A stretch of DNA of 64,000 nt, taken from an uncultured euryarchaeote (lineage in GTDB: Archaea; Thermoplasmatota; Poseidoniia; Poseidoniales; Poseidoniaceae). The notes under the pieces are model-generated. The model saw only the letters and a list, made by a program, of their open reading frames with translations, was not told the origin of the DNA and made no database searches. Made by a program: the position numbers and the translations under genes. The stretch lies in assembly GCA_937899865.1 (NCBI GenBank), contig CALBRH010000044.1, positions 32,001 to 96,000 of the forward strand, in the 5' to 3' direction. This document shows positions 10,040 to 19,343 of this stretch, one piece after another; positions within the stretch are counted from its first letter, which is position 1; each line of letters starts with the position of its first letter.

Positions 10040-10585
10040 CTACTTTGTTTTCTGCCTAAGACCACCTAGAATTTTATTTCTTGAATTGAAAAATCCTTGG
10101 CAACTTGTTACCATTTGCTGACATTGTTGAATCAAATTCAAAACTTCTTCTTCACCTTTACTGGTATTGAATGCATGTTCCGCACTATTTGCAATATTGA
10201 TTGCTTTGGTTACCATTTCGATTACATCGTGGTCGTGCTTGATTAAACTCTTCAAATCTGAAACCTTTACTGAGCGAGAACCAGAGAAAAATGCATGATT
10301 CATTCCAGAAACTGACTTGTCTACGTCTTCAATCAGAGAATCAATTTCACTATTTGCTAATTTAGCAATTCGAGCAATTTCCATTTTATCTCTCTTGAAA
10401 GCAATGTCTTGTATGTTTGAAAGATGGTTACGAGCTCTTGTTCCAGCACGTTTAATTTCGTCACGAATTAATTTGTCTGCCTCTCTACGCTTACCTTTTG
10501 TATATCCTTCATAACTAGATAGTACAAATTGTATTCCTCTTACGTAAGGTAATACTTCAATGGGTACAGCAGGCATCTCACTCAT
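10040..10585 (-). CDS. Conserved helical hypothetical protein
   Basis: ATG 10585 overlaps the thiQ stop by 8 nt. All-alpha composition with YEGY...RREADKLIR and HAFFS...L..L..HD pattern. Confidence 0.7.
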   Translation of the reverse strand: MSEMPAVPIEVLPYVRGIQFVLSSYEGYTKGKRREADKLIRDEIKRAGTRARNHLSNIQDIAFKRDKMEIARIAKLANSEIDSLIEDVDKSVSGMNHAFFSGSRSVKVSDLKSLIKHDHDVIEMVTKAINIANSAEHAFNTSKGEEEVLNLIQQCQQMVTSCQGFFNSRNKILGGLRQKTK

Positions 10586-11252
10586 GTATACTTTGTACAC
10601 GCTCGTTATTATTGCTTGCGTTATTTGGCGTACAAATTTCATCCCAATTCAAAATTCTATCTGAAATGATTGATGCTTCTTCAATATCATGTGAAACGTG
10701 TATTGCTGCCACACCTTTTGCCTTCAGTATTTCTTTGACATCATTTGCTAATTTTCTTCGTGAATCTAAATCAAGAGATGAGAATGGTTCATCCAATAAC
10801 AATAACATGGGTTCTGCTAACAATGCTCTTGCTAATACAACTCTTTGCGCTTCTCCTCCTGATAAAGTGGTGACTTTCCGTTCTGCATAGCCTGATAAAT
10901 TAACTAATTCAAGAGAACTTTCAATGGTTGTTATTTTCTCTTGCTTTGACAACTTCTTATTTACTCCAAGGAGAATATTTTTTCCAACATTCAAATGGGG
11001 GTAAAGTACCGGCTTTTGGAAAATGAATCCAATATTATCAGTACTTTTTTCATCGAATATGATCTCACCATCATGTGTGCTTTCAAGACCAGAAATCATA
11101 CGCAATAGAGTGGTTTTTCCACATCCGCTTGAGCCAAATATTGACACAATTTCTCCCTTTGAAATTGATAATTCTAAGTTAGAAAAGATTGTCTTATCTC
11201 CAAAAACCTTCTTTCCAATTTCAATCTTCACAATAACTTCATCATTCATCAA
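10578..11252 (-). CDS. thiQ: ABC transporter ATP-binding subunit, ThiQ-like
   Basis: GSSGCGKTT, LSGGEAQR and LLLDEPF motifs; ATGA overlap with the permease gene. Confidence 0.8.
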   Translation of the reverse strand: MMNDEVIVKIEIGKKVFGDKTIFSNLELSISKGEIVSIFGSSGCGKTTLLRMISGLESTHDGEIIFDEKSTDNIGFIFQKPVLYPHLNVGKNILLGVNKKLSKQEKITTIESSLELVNLSGYAERKVTTLSGGEAQRVVLARALLAEPMLLLLDEPFSSLDLDSRRKLANDVKEILKAKGVAAIHVSHDIEEASIISDRILNWDEICTPNNASNNNERVQSIHE

Positions 11253-12955
11253 AAACCACTTCCTTCCTCACTATGGCGAAATCTTTCAGCAATCAAAAAC
11301 AGGATAAATGTCAGTACCATTAGGGTAGTTGCTGCTGCCATAGCCATTGGTTGAATCAATGGGTCAAACTTAGGTTGCCCCATTAGTTGGTCAACCAATA
11401 CCGATAAACTATCCCATGAACCAGACCTAATCAATATCCATGAGGCTCCAAACTCACCGAGTGAAAATGCCATAGTTAAAGCAGCAGAAACTACTATTGG
11501 AGCCCTAAGCAATGCGATTCTAGCATGCCACCATGCTTTAATTGGTGAAAGTCCGAGTAGTTGCGCTTGTTCATGATACTCTGGTTCTAGAGACCGTATA
11601 GCAGGCAATAAAATTCTAATCACAAACGGAGTTGTAATGATTATATGAGGTATAGCAGGGATGAGAATCCAAGAAAACAATGAAGGTGCCCATTTTAGTA
11701 AACCAATTAGAATTCCAAGTCCGATCATTACAGCAGATAATGCAAGAGGAACCATTGTTAAGAATTCAACTATCTTTGCAATATTGTGATTATTTTCTTT
11801 CTCCAAACGTGCAATACAGGATGAAATGATGTAGCCAACAGGGAGCGCAACTGCAAGTGTGATTAGACAGTATATTAGCGAATTGTAAAGGGCATCAGGT
11901 ATTGCAGTTGACGAATAATTTCCTTGCCATGCTTCTTGCCATGCGATAGTTGAAAAATAATATCCCTGGTCAGTAGCATCTCTAATTCTTAGCGATGAAA
12001 TTCCAACAAGCAACAATGGTAGTAAAGCATAGATTACTGCAGAAGTTATCGTTATCTTTGCCATATTAGAGGGGTTAGGTTTGCTAACTGCAAGAGAATT
12101 TTCAGTAATTATTGAATGCATAATGGAGTGTTTCTTCTGTATTCTGGCAGTAATAATAATCGCTAATGAAAGAATGATTAGTTGAACGATTGAAGTGGCA
12201 AGGACAATCTCACTTGTATCAATTCTGTAGCCATAAATCCCTGCAGAACCTCCCGATTTTGCCATCAAGGTTTCAAGATTATCTTGATTAGGAGTTAGCC
12301 ACTTGATTAGGGCAAATGAACTAAATGAGAATATGAAACATAAGCATGCAGCACACATAGCAGCAGGCCATAGGATTGGCAGCCACAAATTTTTGAAACG
12401 TCTAAATGCTGTTTTACCAGCTGGTAAAAACCTCATTTGCTCTTCCCATGAATTATTCATCGTCGACAAGGTTGGTTCGATAAATCGCATTACAAGGGAG
12501 AGATTAAACCAGACATGAGCAGCAATTAAAGCAATAAAATGACCAGGATTAATCCAGCCAGTATGATGTGCAATATCGCCAATAATGCCAGTTTCCAATC
12601 GTAAATCAATACCAATTGTGTCTAATATTCCACCTGGATCAATCAGCATCAAAAAGCCCATTGCCACTACAATTGAAGGTGTGACAAAAGGTACTGATAG
12701 TAAGGCTCTAATGACTCTAATGTTTTTCCAACGATATTTACCCAAATACCATGCTACTGGTAAGCCAATTAGTAACGTGAAGACAGTTGAGATGGTTGCT
12801 TCTAAGAGCGTAAATTTCAACGCTCGTAGTGTATCGTCATCAGAAAAGAAGTTGCTCAATGCTTGAACAATAGTCAAATCAGTAACTGAGGTTAGCCGAT
12901 GAATTGCATAAATTAGTGGAACGATTGTCAGTAAACAAAAACCAATTATCGTCAT
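11249..12955 (-). CDS. thiP: Thiamine/Fe3+ family ABC permease with duplicated TM domain, ThiP-like
   Basis: LKFTLLEATISTVFTL, PFVTPSIVVA and SLGEFGA motifs; lies between the TbpA-like binding protein and the ATPase. May start upstream at a CTG (see findings). Confidence 0.85.
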   Translation of the reverse strand: MTIIGFCLLTIVPLIYAIHRLTSVTDLTIVQALSNFFSDDDTLRALKFTLLEATISTVFTLLIGLPVAWYLGKYRWKNIRVIRALLSVPFVTPSIVVAMGFLMLIDPGGILDTIGIDLRLETGIIGDIAHHTGWINPGHFIALIAAHVWFNLSLVMRFIEPTLSTMNNSWEEQMRFLPAGKTAFRRFKNLWLPILWPAAMCAACLCFIFSFSSFALIKWLTPNQDNLETLMAKSGGSAGIYGYRIDTSEIVLATSIVQLIILSLAIIITARIQKKHSIMHSIITENSLAVSKPNPSNMAKITITSAVIYALLPLLLVGISSLRIRDATDQGYYFSTIAWQEAWQGNYSSTAIPDALYNSLIYCLITLAVALPVGYIISSCIARLEKENNHNIAKIVEFLTMVPLALSAVMIGLGILIGLLKWAPSLFSWILIPAIPHIIITTPFVIRILLPAIRSLEPEYHEQAQLLGLSPIKAWWHARIALLRAPIVVSAALTMAFSLGEFGASWILIRSGSWDSLSVLVDQLMGQPKFDPLIQPMAMAAATTLMVLTFILFLIAERFRHSEEGSGF

Positions 12956-13011
12956 CCATTGAATAGGAATGACCCACTTAGGGTGCTGATTTTTACTCAG
13001 CAGAAATCACC

Positions 13012-14112
13012 TCAATCTGTTGCAGTTTGCCAATCATCTAACCATGACGACATTTCCTGGTTTATTCTAGAAATTTCGATATCACTATTTTCCTCAGGAA
13101 TATCTGAATGATATCTGTAGCCATCAGTTTCTGGTAATGATTGATTGTTCAAAACAGAATACATTAGGTTATTTTCTGGCATGTTAGAGTTAACCTCCGG
13201 GCTCAATAAGTAATCAATAAATGCTTCAGCAGCATCAATATCGTTAGCACCGTTAATTATGCCAGTATACTCTATTTGTTGGAATGTAGTTTTTGGAATT
13301 GTGATAGATGTGGAATGAGTATAATTTCCAGCATAGAATGCTTCAACACCTGGTGATTGACAGTATGATACCGTTAAGTGAGCATCCCCGATATAACCAC
13401 TTGTGTATTCTCCATAGCCTCCAGTGTAATGAGTTTCATAAGATTCAGTCCAGCCTGAAGTAAATATTGCATCATTTTCTTTGATGGCTTTCCACCAGTC
13501 AAAAGCATCAGTTTCTACATCATCATCATTTTCAAAATAATCGATAGTAGCTACAAGGAAAGCTCGTCCAGGAGAGGATGTGATCGGTGAGGGGAATGTC
13601 ATTTTTCCACGCCATTCTTCCAAGGTTAAATCCCAAAGCGAAGTAGGGATTGAGATATTTTCTCCATCAACAAATCTCTCATCATAATTTAGGCAGACAG
13701 GACCCATATCAAATGGAATGGCAAATGGTCCACTGTAAGATTCCAAGGCTTGTGGTGAAATATTGTTGTAATTCGGATTAGTTTTGAATGAAGTTTCAGT
13801 AAGTAGATTATTTTCCAGCGCAGTTTGCAGATAGGTATTGTCAAGTCCAATCATTAAATCTGCTTGTGGACTATCTTTAGTCAGCATCATTTTGTCTAGG
13901 ATTCCTCCAGAATCATCTTCCTTGATGAAATTTACACAATATCCAGTTGTTTCAGTAAACTCATCCACCATCTGTTCGCTAAGTGCTAAAATGTCGTATG
14001 TTAGTACGTCTAAAGTACCCTTTTCACATTCACCATTATCATCATTTTGTAAACAACCAGTGAGGCCAAAGCAAGTAACAATTAGGGTGCAAAAGAGGAC
14101 CCTAAACTGCAT
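13012..14112 (-). CDS. thiB: Thiamine ABC substrate-binding lipoprotein (TbpA/ThiB)
   Basis: Lipobox LTGC; DLMIGLDN, PFDMGPVCLNYD, PITSSPGRAF, GWTESY and SYCQSP match the TbpA signatures. Confidence 0.88.
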   Translation of the reverse strand: MQFRVLFCTLIVTCFGLTGCLQNDDNGECEKGTLDVLTYDILALSEQMVDEFTETTGYCVNFIKEDDSGGILDKMMLTKDSPQADLMIGLDNTYLQTALENNLLTETSFKTNPNYNNISPQALESYSGPFAIPFDMGPVCLNYDERFVDGENISIPTSLWDLTLEEWRGKMTFPSPITSSPGRAFLVATIDYFENDDDVETDAFDWWKAIKENDAIFTSGWTESYETHYTGGYGEYTSGYIGDAHLTVSYCQSPGVEAFYAGNYTHSTSITIPKTTFQQIEYTGIINGANDIDAAEAFIDYLLSPEVNSNMPENNLMYSVLNNQSLPETDGYRYHSDIPEENSDIEISRINQEMSSWLDDWQTATD

Positions 14113-14974
14113 TAATTACATCCCCTATATGGCCAGCAATCAAGTGAGTTCGATCTATTAGTTCAAGTGGGTTATGAGCTAAAATATACAAACTTGGTTC
14201 CCATCCATAACCGCCCTCATCCAAAATAATGTCCAGTTTGGAATAAGAGCCTACTAATTTTCCTTTCTTGCATGTTGCAAAAGAATATCCTAATTGATCA
14301 CAAATCTCCTTTATTCTTTCAATATCCACTTTATCATCATCAATAACTGGCTTCAAATTAATAATCGAAGTTTTTGCCTCATTCATTGTGTGTGCTTGTA
14401 TCAATATTGAAGCAAGATGTTTCGAAACACCAAAGGCCGGAGTTTCATGATGGCGAAGTTTGCCGTTTACTATCGCAATACGGCCAGGAAATGCTGCGAC
14501 CTCCTCACTACTTCTCGCACCTTTGATGCAAGAAGCAATATTCATACCTACTGCTGGTAAAATATGCTGTATTCGTTTAACATCTAATCTTCCTATCGCC
14601 CATTCCAGCCTTCTTAGTAGCGCCCTTTCCAATTGACTACTATCCAAATCAAGCCCGGTAAGAGTTTTATCAAATCGAAGAGTTTGTTGGCCAGAAAATT
14701 GTAATTCAACAATCAATCGCTGCCTTAGCACGTTAGCTTCGGGGCCAATTGATGATAATGCTTGGGAAAGTTCACTCGCCCAAGAGTCAACCATTGCCTC
14801 ATCTGCTGAAGCAGTAAGGCCGATAGTAGGTTTCTGGATGTGGCGGGATATTGTGCTTTGAGTGGAACCAAGAACTGCCGCAATTTCTGTTTGAGACCAT
14901 CCTTTGCCACGTAAATCCTTAGCAACATGTTGGTGCAATCTGTCAAGCCACTTTCCGCCTACTTCTCCTAGCAT
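14102..14974 (-). CDS. thiR: ThiR-type regulator (HTH fused to a ThiN thiamine-phosphate synthase domain)
   Basis: N-terminal GWSQTEIAAVLGSTQSTISRH HTH; ThiN motifs PAVGMNIA, VAAFPGRI and PAFGVSKHLA; heads the thiBPQ run with an 11-nt overlap. Confidence 0.82.
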   Translation of the reverse strand: MLGEVGGKWLDRLHQHVAKDLRGKGWSQTEIAAVLGSTQSTISRHIQKPTIGLTASADEAMVDSWASELSQALSSIGPEANVLRQRLIVELQFSGQQTLRFDKTLTGLDLDSSQLERALLRRLEWAIGRLDVKRIQHILPAVGMNIASCIKGARSSEEVAAFPGRIAIVNGKLRHHETPAFGVSKHLASILIQAHTMNEAKTSIINLKPVIDDDKVDIERIKEICDQLGYSFATCKKGKLVGSYSKLDIILDEGGYGWEPSLYILAHNPLELIDRTHLIAGHIGDVINAV

Positions 14975-15054
14975 TAACTGGTTGTCTTATCATCTTATTA
15001 TTCAACATTACTCATCAATTATGCATATTGCATTGAATTTATTGCCACATTTAG

Positions 15055-15185
15055 CCGGTGAAATACTTATTTTCACTGGAAATAAATTATTTGATAGCTA
15101 ATAATTACTAAATCTCTTAAAATTCCGCAGATCTTCTAAATTACTCTAAATATTGACATTTAAAATTGTTAAATGACTTTCAATA
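15055..15185. promoter_or_regulatory. Inverted repeats in the AT-rich thiR/decarboxylase divergent intergenic region
   Basis: CCGGTGAAA-N7-TTTCACTGG at 15055-15079 (one mismatch) and nested TATTGA/CATTTAA...TTAAATG/TCAATA at 15151-15185. Confidence 0.4.
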
Positions 15186-15297
15186 CGGTGAATGCATATT
15201 GGGTAATAATCTAATTATTATGGGTAAGAATGTGATTTGTCAGTTTTAAGTGTATTTTCAACCGCATATTTCAAGGGATTAGCGCGCAGGGTATGGT

Positions 15298-16725
15298 GTG
15301 ATGCGAGGTACAGAATTGACTCAGTTCCTCGACGGACTGATAGAAAGAATAGATTCATACATTCAATCTTCTGATGAACCTGACCAAAAAACAGTAGATT
15401 TCCTAAACGCAGAATCAAGGCGCAAAGTTACTGATTTATCATTGCCTTTAGAAGGAAATGGCTCTCAATCAATTTTAGACGACATAGATAGTTTTCTTAG
15501 ACAATGCGTCAAAACAAATCGTCCAGAATTTATGAATCCTCTATGGGGTGGCTTGAATATTGCTGGTTTTGCAGGAGAAGTCATTTCAGCACTTACCAAT
15601 CAATCGATGTATACTTATGAGCTGTCACCCATTGCTACACTTATTGAAAAAGCGATAATTGAGAGGATGATGGAAATTGTAGGTTATGGGGATGGTTTTG
15701 GCACTCTTACAACCGGAGGTTCGAATGGCAATATGCTTGGTATGTTGTGTGCCCGACAATCGATCAATCCATTGTCATCCTTAGATGGATTTGATGGCTC
15801 AAAACATGTTGCATTTGTTTCTGCAGAGGCTCACTACTCTACTTTAATGTCGGCTAATGTAATTGGTATTGGGCATCAAAATTTGGTTAAAGTTTCATGT
15901 GATTCACGTGGTAGAATGAAGCCACAATCACTTTTGGAAGAGATCAACCGTGTAATTGGATCTGATAGAATTCCATTTTGTATTATTGCAACTTCAGGCA
16001 CTACTGTTCGTGGTTCATTTGATCCTATAAGAGAACTAGCAACCATTGCCCATGACAACAATATTTGGCTCCATGTTGATGCTGCTTGGGGTGGTAGTTG
16101 TTTGTTTTCAAAACGTCATCGCTATTTGATGGATGGTATAGAATTAGCTGATAGTGTCTGTTGGGATGCTCATAAAATGATGGGTCTTCCATTGATTTGT
16201 AGTGTTTTTTTGACAAAGCACAAGAGCATTTTACGTGCAGTATGTGCACATGGTGATGCTGCACATTATTTGTTCCATGAGGATAGTAAGGATGTCGATT
16301 TAGGCCGCTATTCGCTACAGTGTGGACGTAGAAACGATTCACTGAAACTTTGGATTGCTTGGCGAGAAATTGGCGACGCAGGATGGGCAAGAATGGTTGA
16401 GAAATACTGTGAATTATCCGATTATCTTGAAAATTTAGTCATTGAAAATGAACATCTATCTATGATGTCTGAAAGAAAATGGTCTAATATTTGCTTCAGA
16501 TTTGAAGCGGATGGATATGATTTGAATGAATTGAATACTGAAATTAGAAATCGTATGATGCGTGAAGGTATTCATTTGGTAAGTCGTTCTAATATCGGAG
16601 ATGACATAGTTATTAGAGCAGTAGTAGCTAATCCTTTGATTGATGAAGAAGTACTACGTTCTTTAATCGCGTCTGTAGAGAGGCATGGTAAAGAGATAAT
16701 CAATCAAATTCCTTCAGAGTTCTAG
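15298..16725 (+). CDS. Group II PLP-dependent decarboxylase (GAD/CSAD/ADC clade) with CSAD-type selectivity motif
   Basis: TTGGSNGN, SAEAHYS, TSGTTVRGSFDP, WLHVDAAWGG, DAHK (PLP Lys) and LQCGRR motifs; W83-x19-S103-x-Y105. Confidence 0.9.
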   Translation: MMRGTELTQFLDGLIERIDSYIQSSDEPDQKTVDFLNAESRRKVTDLSLPLEGNGSQSILDDIDSFLRQCVKTNRPEFMNPLWGGLNIAGFAGEVISALTNQSMYTYELSPIATLIEKAIIERMMEIVGYGDGFGTLTTGGSNGNMLGMLCARQSINPLSSLDGFDGSKHVAFVSAEAHYSTLMSANVIGIGHQNLVKVSCDSRGRMKPQSLLEEINRVIGSDRIPFCIIATSGTTVRGSFDPIRELATIAHDNNIWLHVDAAWGGSCLFSKRHRYLMDGIELADSVCWDAHKMMGLPLICSVFLTKHKSILRAVCAHGDAAHYLFHEDSKDVDLGRYSLQCGRRNDSLKLWIAWREIGDAGWARMVEKYCELSDYLENLVIENEHLSMMSERKWSNICFRFEADGYDLNELNTEIRNRMMREGIHLVSRSNIGDDIVIRAVVANPLIDEEVLRSLIASVERHGKEIINQIPSEF

Positions 16726-16764
16726 TTCCCAGTTGTTTAAGGAGCGCCGAGTTTTGGCAGAATT

Positions 16765-17877
16765 ATGTCGAGTGGTGAACTAGTTCGAACAGCGTTGTAT
16801 GAAGAGCATGTTGCATTAGACGCAAACATTGTTGATTTTCATGGCTTTGAATTACCAATTTGGTATTCAAATATTAAGGAAGAACACTTAGCAACAAGAT
16901 CAGGTGCTGGATTATTTGATGTTAGCCACATGGGTACATTTCGGTTTAGTGGCACTAATGTAAAGCAATGGCTTGAAAGTGTAGCAACTCAAAAAGTAAC
17001 AGGAATTACTGAAGGGCGTTGTGCATATACACACTTTCTTGATGATGATGGTTATATTATTGATGATATGATTTTTGCAGTTGTATCAGATGAAGAAATC
17101 CTTGGGGTTCCAAATGCTTCTATGATTGATGTCATGTGGGATTGGTTTAATCAAAGTTTACCTGAAGATGGCTCTGTTAAAATTGAGAACCTCTCTCCAA
17201 GCACTTCGATAGTTGCTCTTCAAGGCCCAAAGTCAAAAGAAATAGTAAGTCAAGTCCTTGGTCCTGATAATCATGTTGGCCGCTTTAAGTGGCAAACAAT
17301 TGGCGATAACAATTTGGATATTTCTGGTTGGATTCAAGGTACGGGATATACTGGAGAATCAGGTTATGAAATTTTTATTCCGAATAATGATGCTGCAAAA
17401 TTATGGCGTAATTTGATTTCTGCTGGAGCAACTCCTGTTGGTCTTGGTGCTAGGGATACTTTACGTCTTGAGAAAGGATATTTGTTAAGTGGAGTAGATT
17501 TTTGTTGGCCACAGCTTCCAGATTCAAGTGACTTTCTTGCTCGAGACTCTTGGGAGACTAATGTACCATTTGGCTTAGATTTGGAACATGACTTCATTGG
17601 CAAAACTAGAGTTATTTCGCACTTGGATACCGATGCAAGATGGTGGGGAGTGAAATATACCGAAAAAGGCCCATTACCGAGGCCTGGTAAAGAAGTTTCA
17701 GATGTTGATGGTAATATTATCGGTAGATTATCTTCTGGCGCTCCATCTCCAAGTTTAGGAAATCTTGGCATTGGCATAGGATATATTTCTGGAGTAATAG
17801 AAGGCGATGAGGTATTGGTTGTTGCAAGCCCTAGAAAATCTGTAAAAGCAATAATTGTAAGGCCGCCATTTGTCTAA
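16765..17877 (+). CDS. gcvT: Glycine cleavage system T protein (aminomethyltransferase)
   Basis: GLFDVSHMG, VALQGPKS, GYTGESGYE and PVGLGARDTLRLEKG motifs. Confidence 0.96.
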   Translation: MSSGELVRTALYEEHVALDANIVDFHGFELPIWYSNIKEEHLATRSGAGLFDVSHMGTFRFSGTNVKQWLESVATQKVTGITEGRCAYTHFLDDDGYIIDDMIFAVVSDEEILGVPNASMIDVMWDWFNQSLPEDGSVKIENLSPSTSIVALQGPKSKEIVSQVLGPDNHVGRFKWQTIGDNNLDISGWIQGTGYTGESGYEIFIPNNDAAKLWRNLISAGATPVGLGARDTLRLEKGYLLSGVDFCWPQLPDSSDFLARDSWETNVPFGLDLEHDFIGKTRVISHLDTDARWWGVKYTEKGPLPRPGKEVSDVDGNIIGRLSSGAPSPSLGNLGIGIGYISGVIEGDEVLVVASPRKSVKAIIVRPPFV

Positions 17878-17966
17878 TTTTGAGCAAGTAAATTGTTCAA
17901 GTAAAAACATGAATATTATGGGCGTTACGCGCACGGGTTTAAATTAGCCGTAAGAGGAGAGTAAGC

Positions 17967-19343
17967 ATGGTCGACCAACTGCCCAATAGAGGACTAGAAT
18001 TAGAGATGCTGCAGGAGATGGGTTTTTCATCGATTGATGATTTATTTAGCGACCTTCCCGAACATGTAAGAATGAATGAACCCCTACCACTTCCACCACC
18101 ACAATCCGAGGAGGAAATTATTGCCGATGCTAAGAGATTGCTTGGTGCAAATCGTGCAATGGGCGATGTTGTTTCATTCATTGGTGCTGGAATATATCGA
18201 AATTATGTTCCTTCTTCAGTATTTCAACTCGTGACTAGAGGTGAATTCCTCACCTCATATACGCCTTATCAACCTGAGGTGAGTCAAGGTATGCTTCAAG
18301 CAATGTGGGAATTTCAAACTTTGATTTCTGAACTTGTAGGGCTACCAATTGCAAATTTATCACTCTATGATGGATCTACTGCTGCAGCAGAAGCATTGAC
18401 TTGTGCTGTCCGAGTTCACAACCGTAAAGCGACACAAAAAGATACGGTATATGTTTCTGAATTAGTGCCGCCAGACCGTATGTCTGTAATGTACAATTAC
18501 TGTCAAGGGGCTGGAATTACTCTTAAAATTTTGAAGCACAATGCTGATGGAACTTTGGATTTGGCAGCGGTTCAAGGTGCTGAAGGTTCATGTGGAGTCT
18601 ATGTTGAACAGCCAAACCCACTTGGGATTCTAGATGGTGGTTTGACACAAATCAAAGAAATAATTGGTCAAAATACTGCACTTGTAGTTGGTATACAACC
18701 AGTTTCACTTGGTCTTGTTGAAGCTCCAGGAAATTATGGGGCAGACATAGTTGTTGGTGAAGGACAACCATTGGGTAGCCCTCCTACTGGAGGTGGACCT
18801 ATCTATGGAATTTTTGCGTGTAGTACTCCCTATCTTAGATTAATGCCGGGTAGAATTGTTGGAAGGAGTATCGACGTTGATGGTAAAGAAGCATATTGTC
18901 TGACATTATCAACTCGAGAACAACACATTAGAAGACATAGAGCAACATCTAATATTTGCACTAATGAAACTTTAATCGCGCTCATGGGTGCAATGCATAT
19001 GTCACTTCTTGGTCCTGAAGGTCTAGAACACTTAGCGACAAGAAACATGGCTGCATGTGTTATTGCTAAGCAAAAGTTGTCCGAAATTTCTGGCATTTCA
19101 TTACCTCATATTGCTTCGTCACACTTCAATGAATTTGTTGTAGAGTTGCCTAAGAGTGCGGCAGATTGTTTGAACTATCTTGATAGTGTTGGGATAATTG
19201 GTGGTTTTGATCTTTCAAGATGGTATCCAAATCATAGTAATTGGCTATTGGTATCAGTAACAGACCAAACCAAAGCGGCAGAAATCGAATTGCTTGCTGC
19301 TCACATAGCGGTATGGTCAACACTTAAGGAGGCGGTAATGTGA
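17967..19343 (+). CDS. gcvPA: Glycine dehydrogenase subunit 1
   Basis: FLTSYTPYQPEVSQG, NLSLYDGSTA and TREQHIRRHRATSNICTN motifs. Confidence 0.96.
   Translation: MVDQLPNRGLELEMLQEMGFSSIDDLFSDLPEHVRMNEPLPLPPPQSEEEIIADAKRLLGANRAMGDVVSFIGAGIYRNYVPSSVFQLVTRGEFLTSYTPYQPEVSQGMLQAMWEFQTLISELVGLPIANLSLYDGSTAAAEALTCAVRVHNRKATQKDTVYVSELVPPDRMSVMYNYCQGAGITLKILKHNADGTLDLAAVQGAEGSCGVYVEQPNPLGILDGGLTQIKEIIGQNTALVVGIQPVSLGLVEAPGNYGADIVVGEGQPLGSPPTGGGPIYGIFACSTPYLRLMPGRIVGRSIDVDGKEAYCLTLSTREQHIRRHRATSNICTNETLIALMGAMHMSLLGPEGLEHLATRNMAACVIAKQKLSEISGISLPHIASSHFNEFVVELPKSAADCLNYLDSVGIIGGFDLSRWYPNHSNWLLVSVTDQTKAAEIELLAAHIAVWSTLKEAVM

Noticed and set aside
12972-13002. Possible TPP riboswitch in the thi operon (GCTGAG on the minus strand and a hairpin)
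   Set aside because: The ACCTGA/CG-AGGGA core and P4-P5 are absent, it lies between thiB and thiP rather than in a leader, and it is probably coding.
17878-17966. Hidden gcvH between gcvT and gcvPA
   Set aside because: Only 89 nt, containing a TTTAAAT TATA-like box and an SD; too short.
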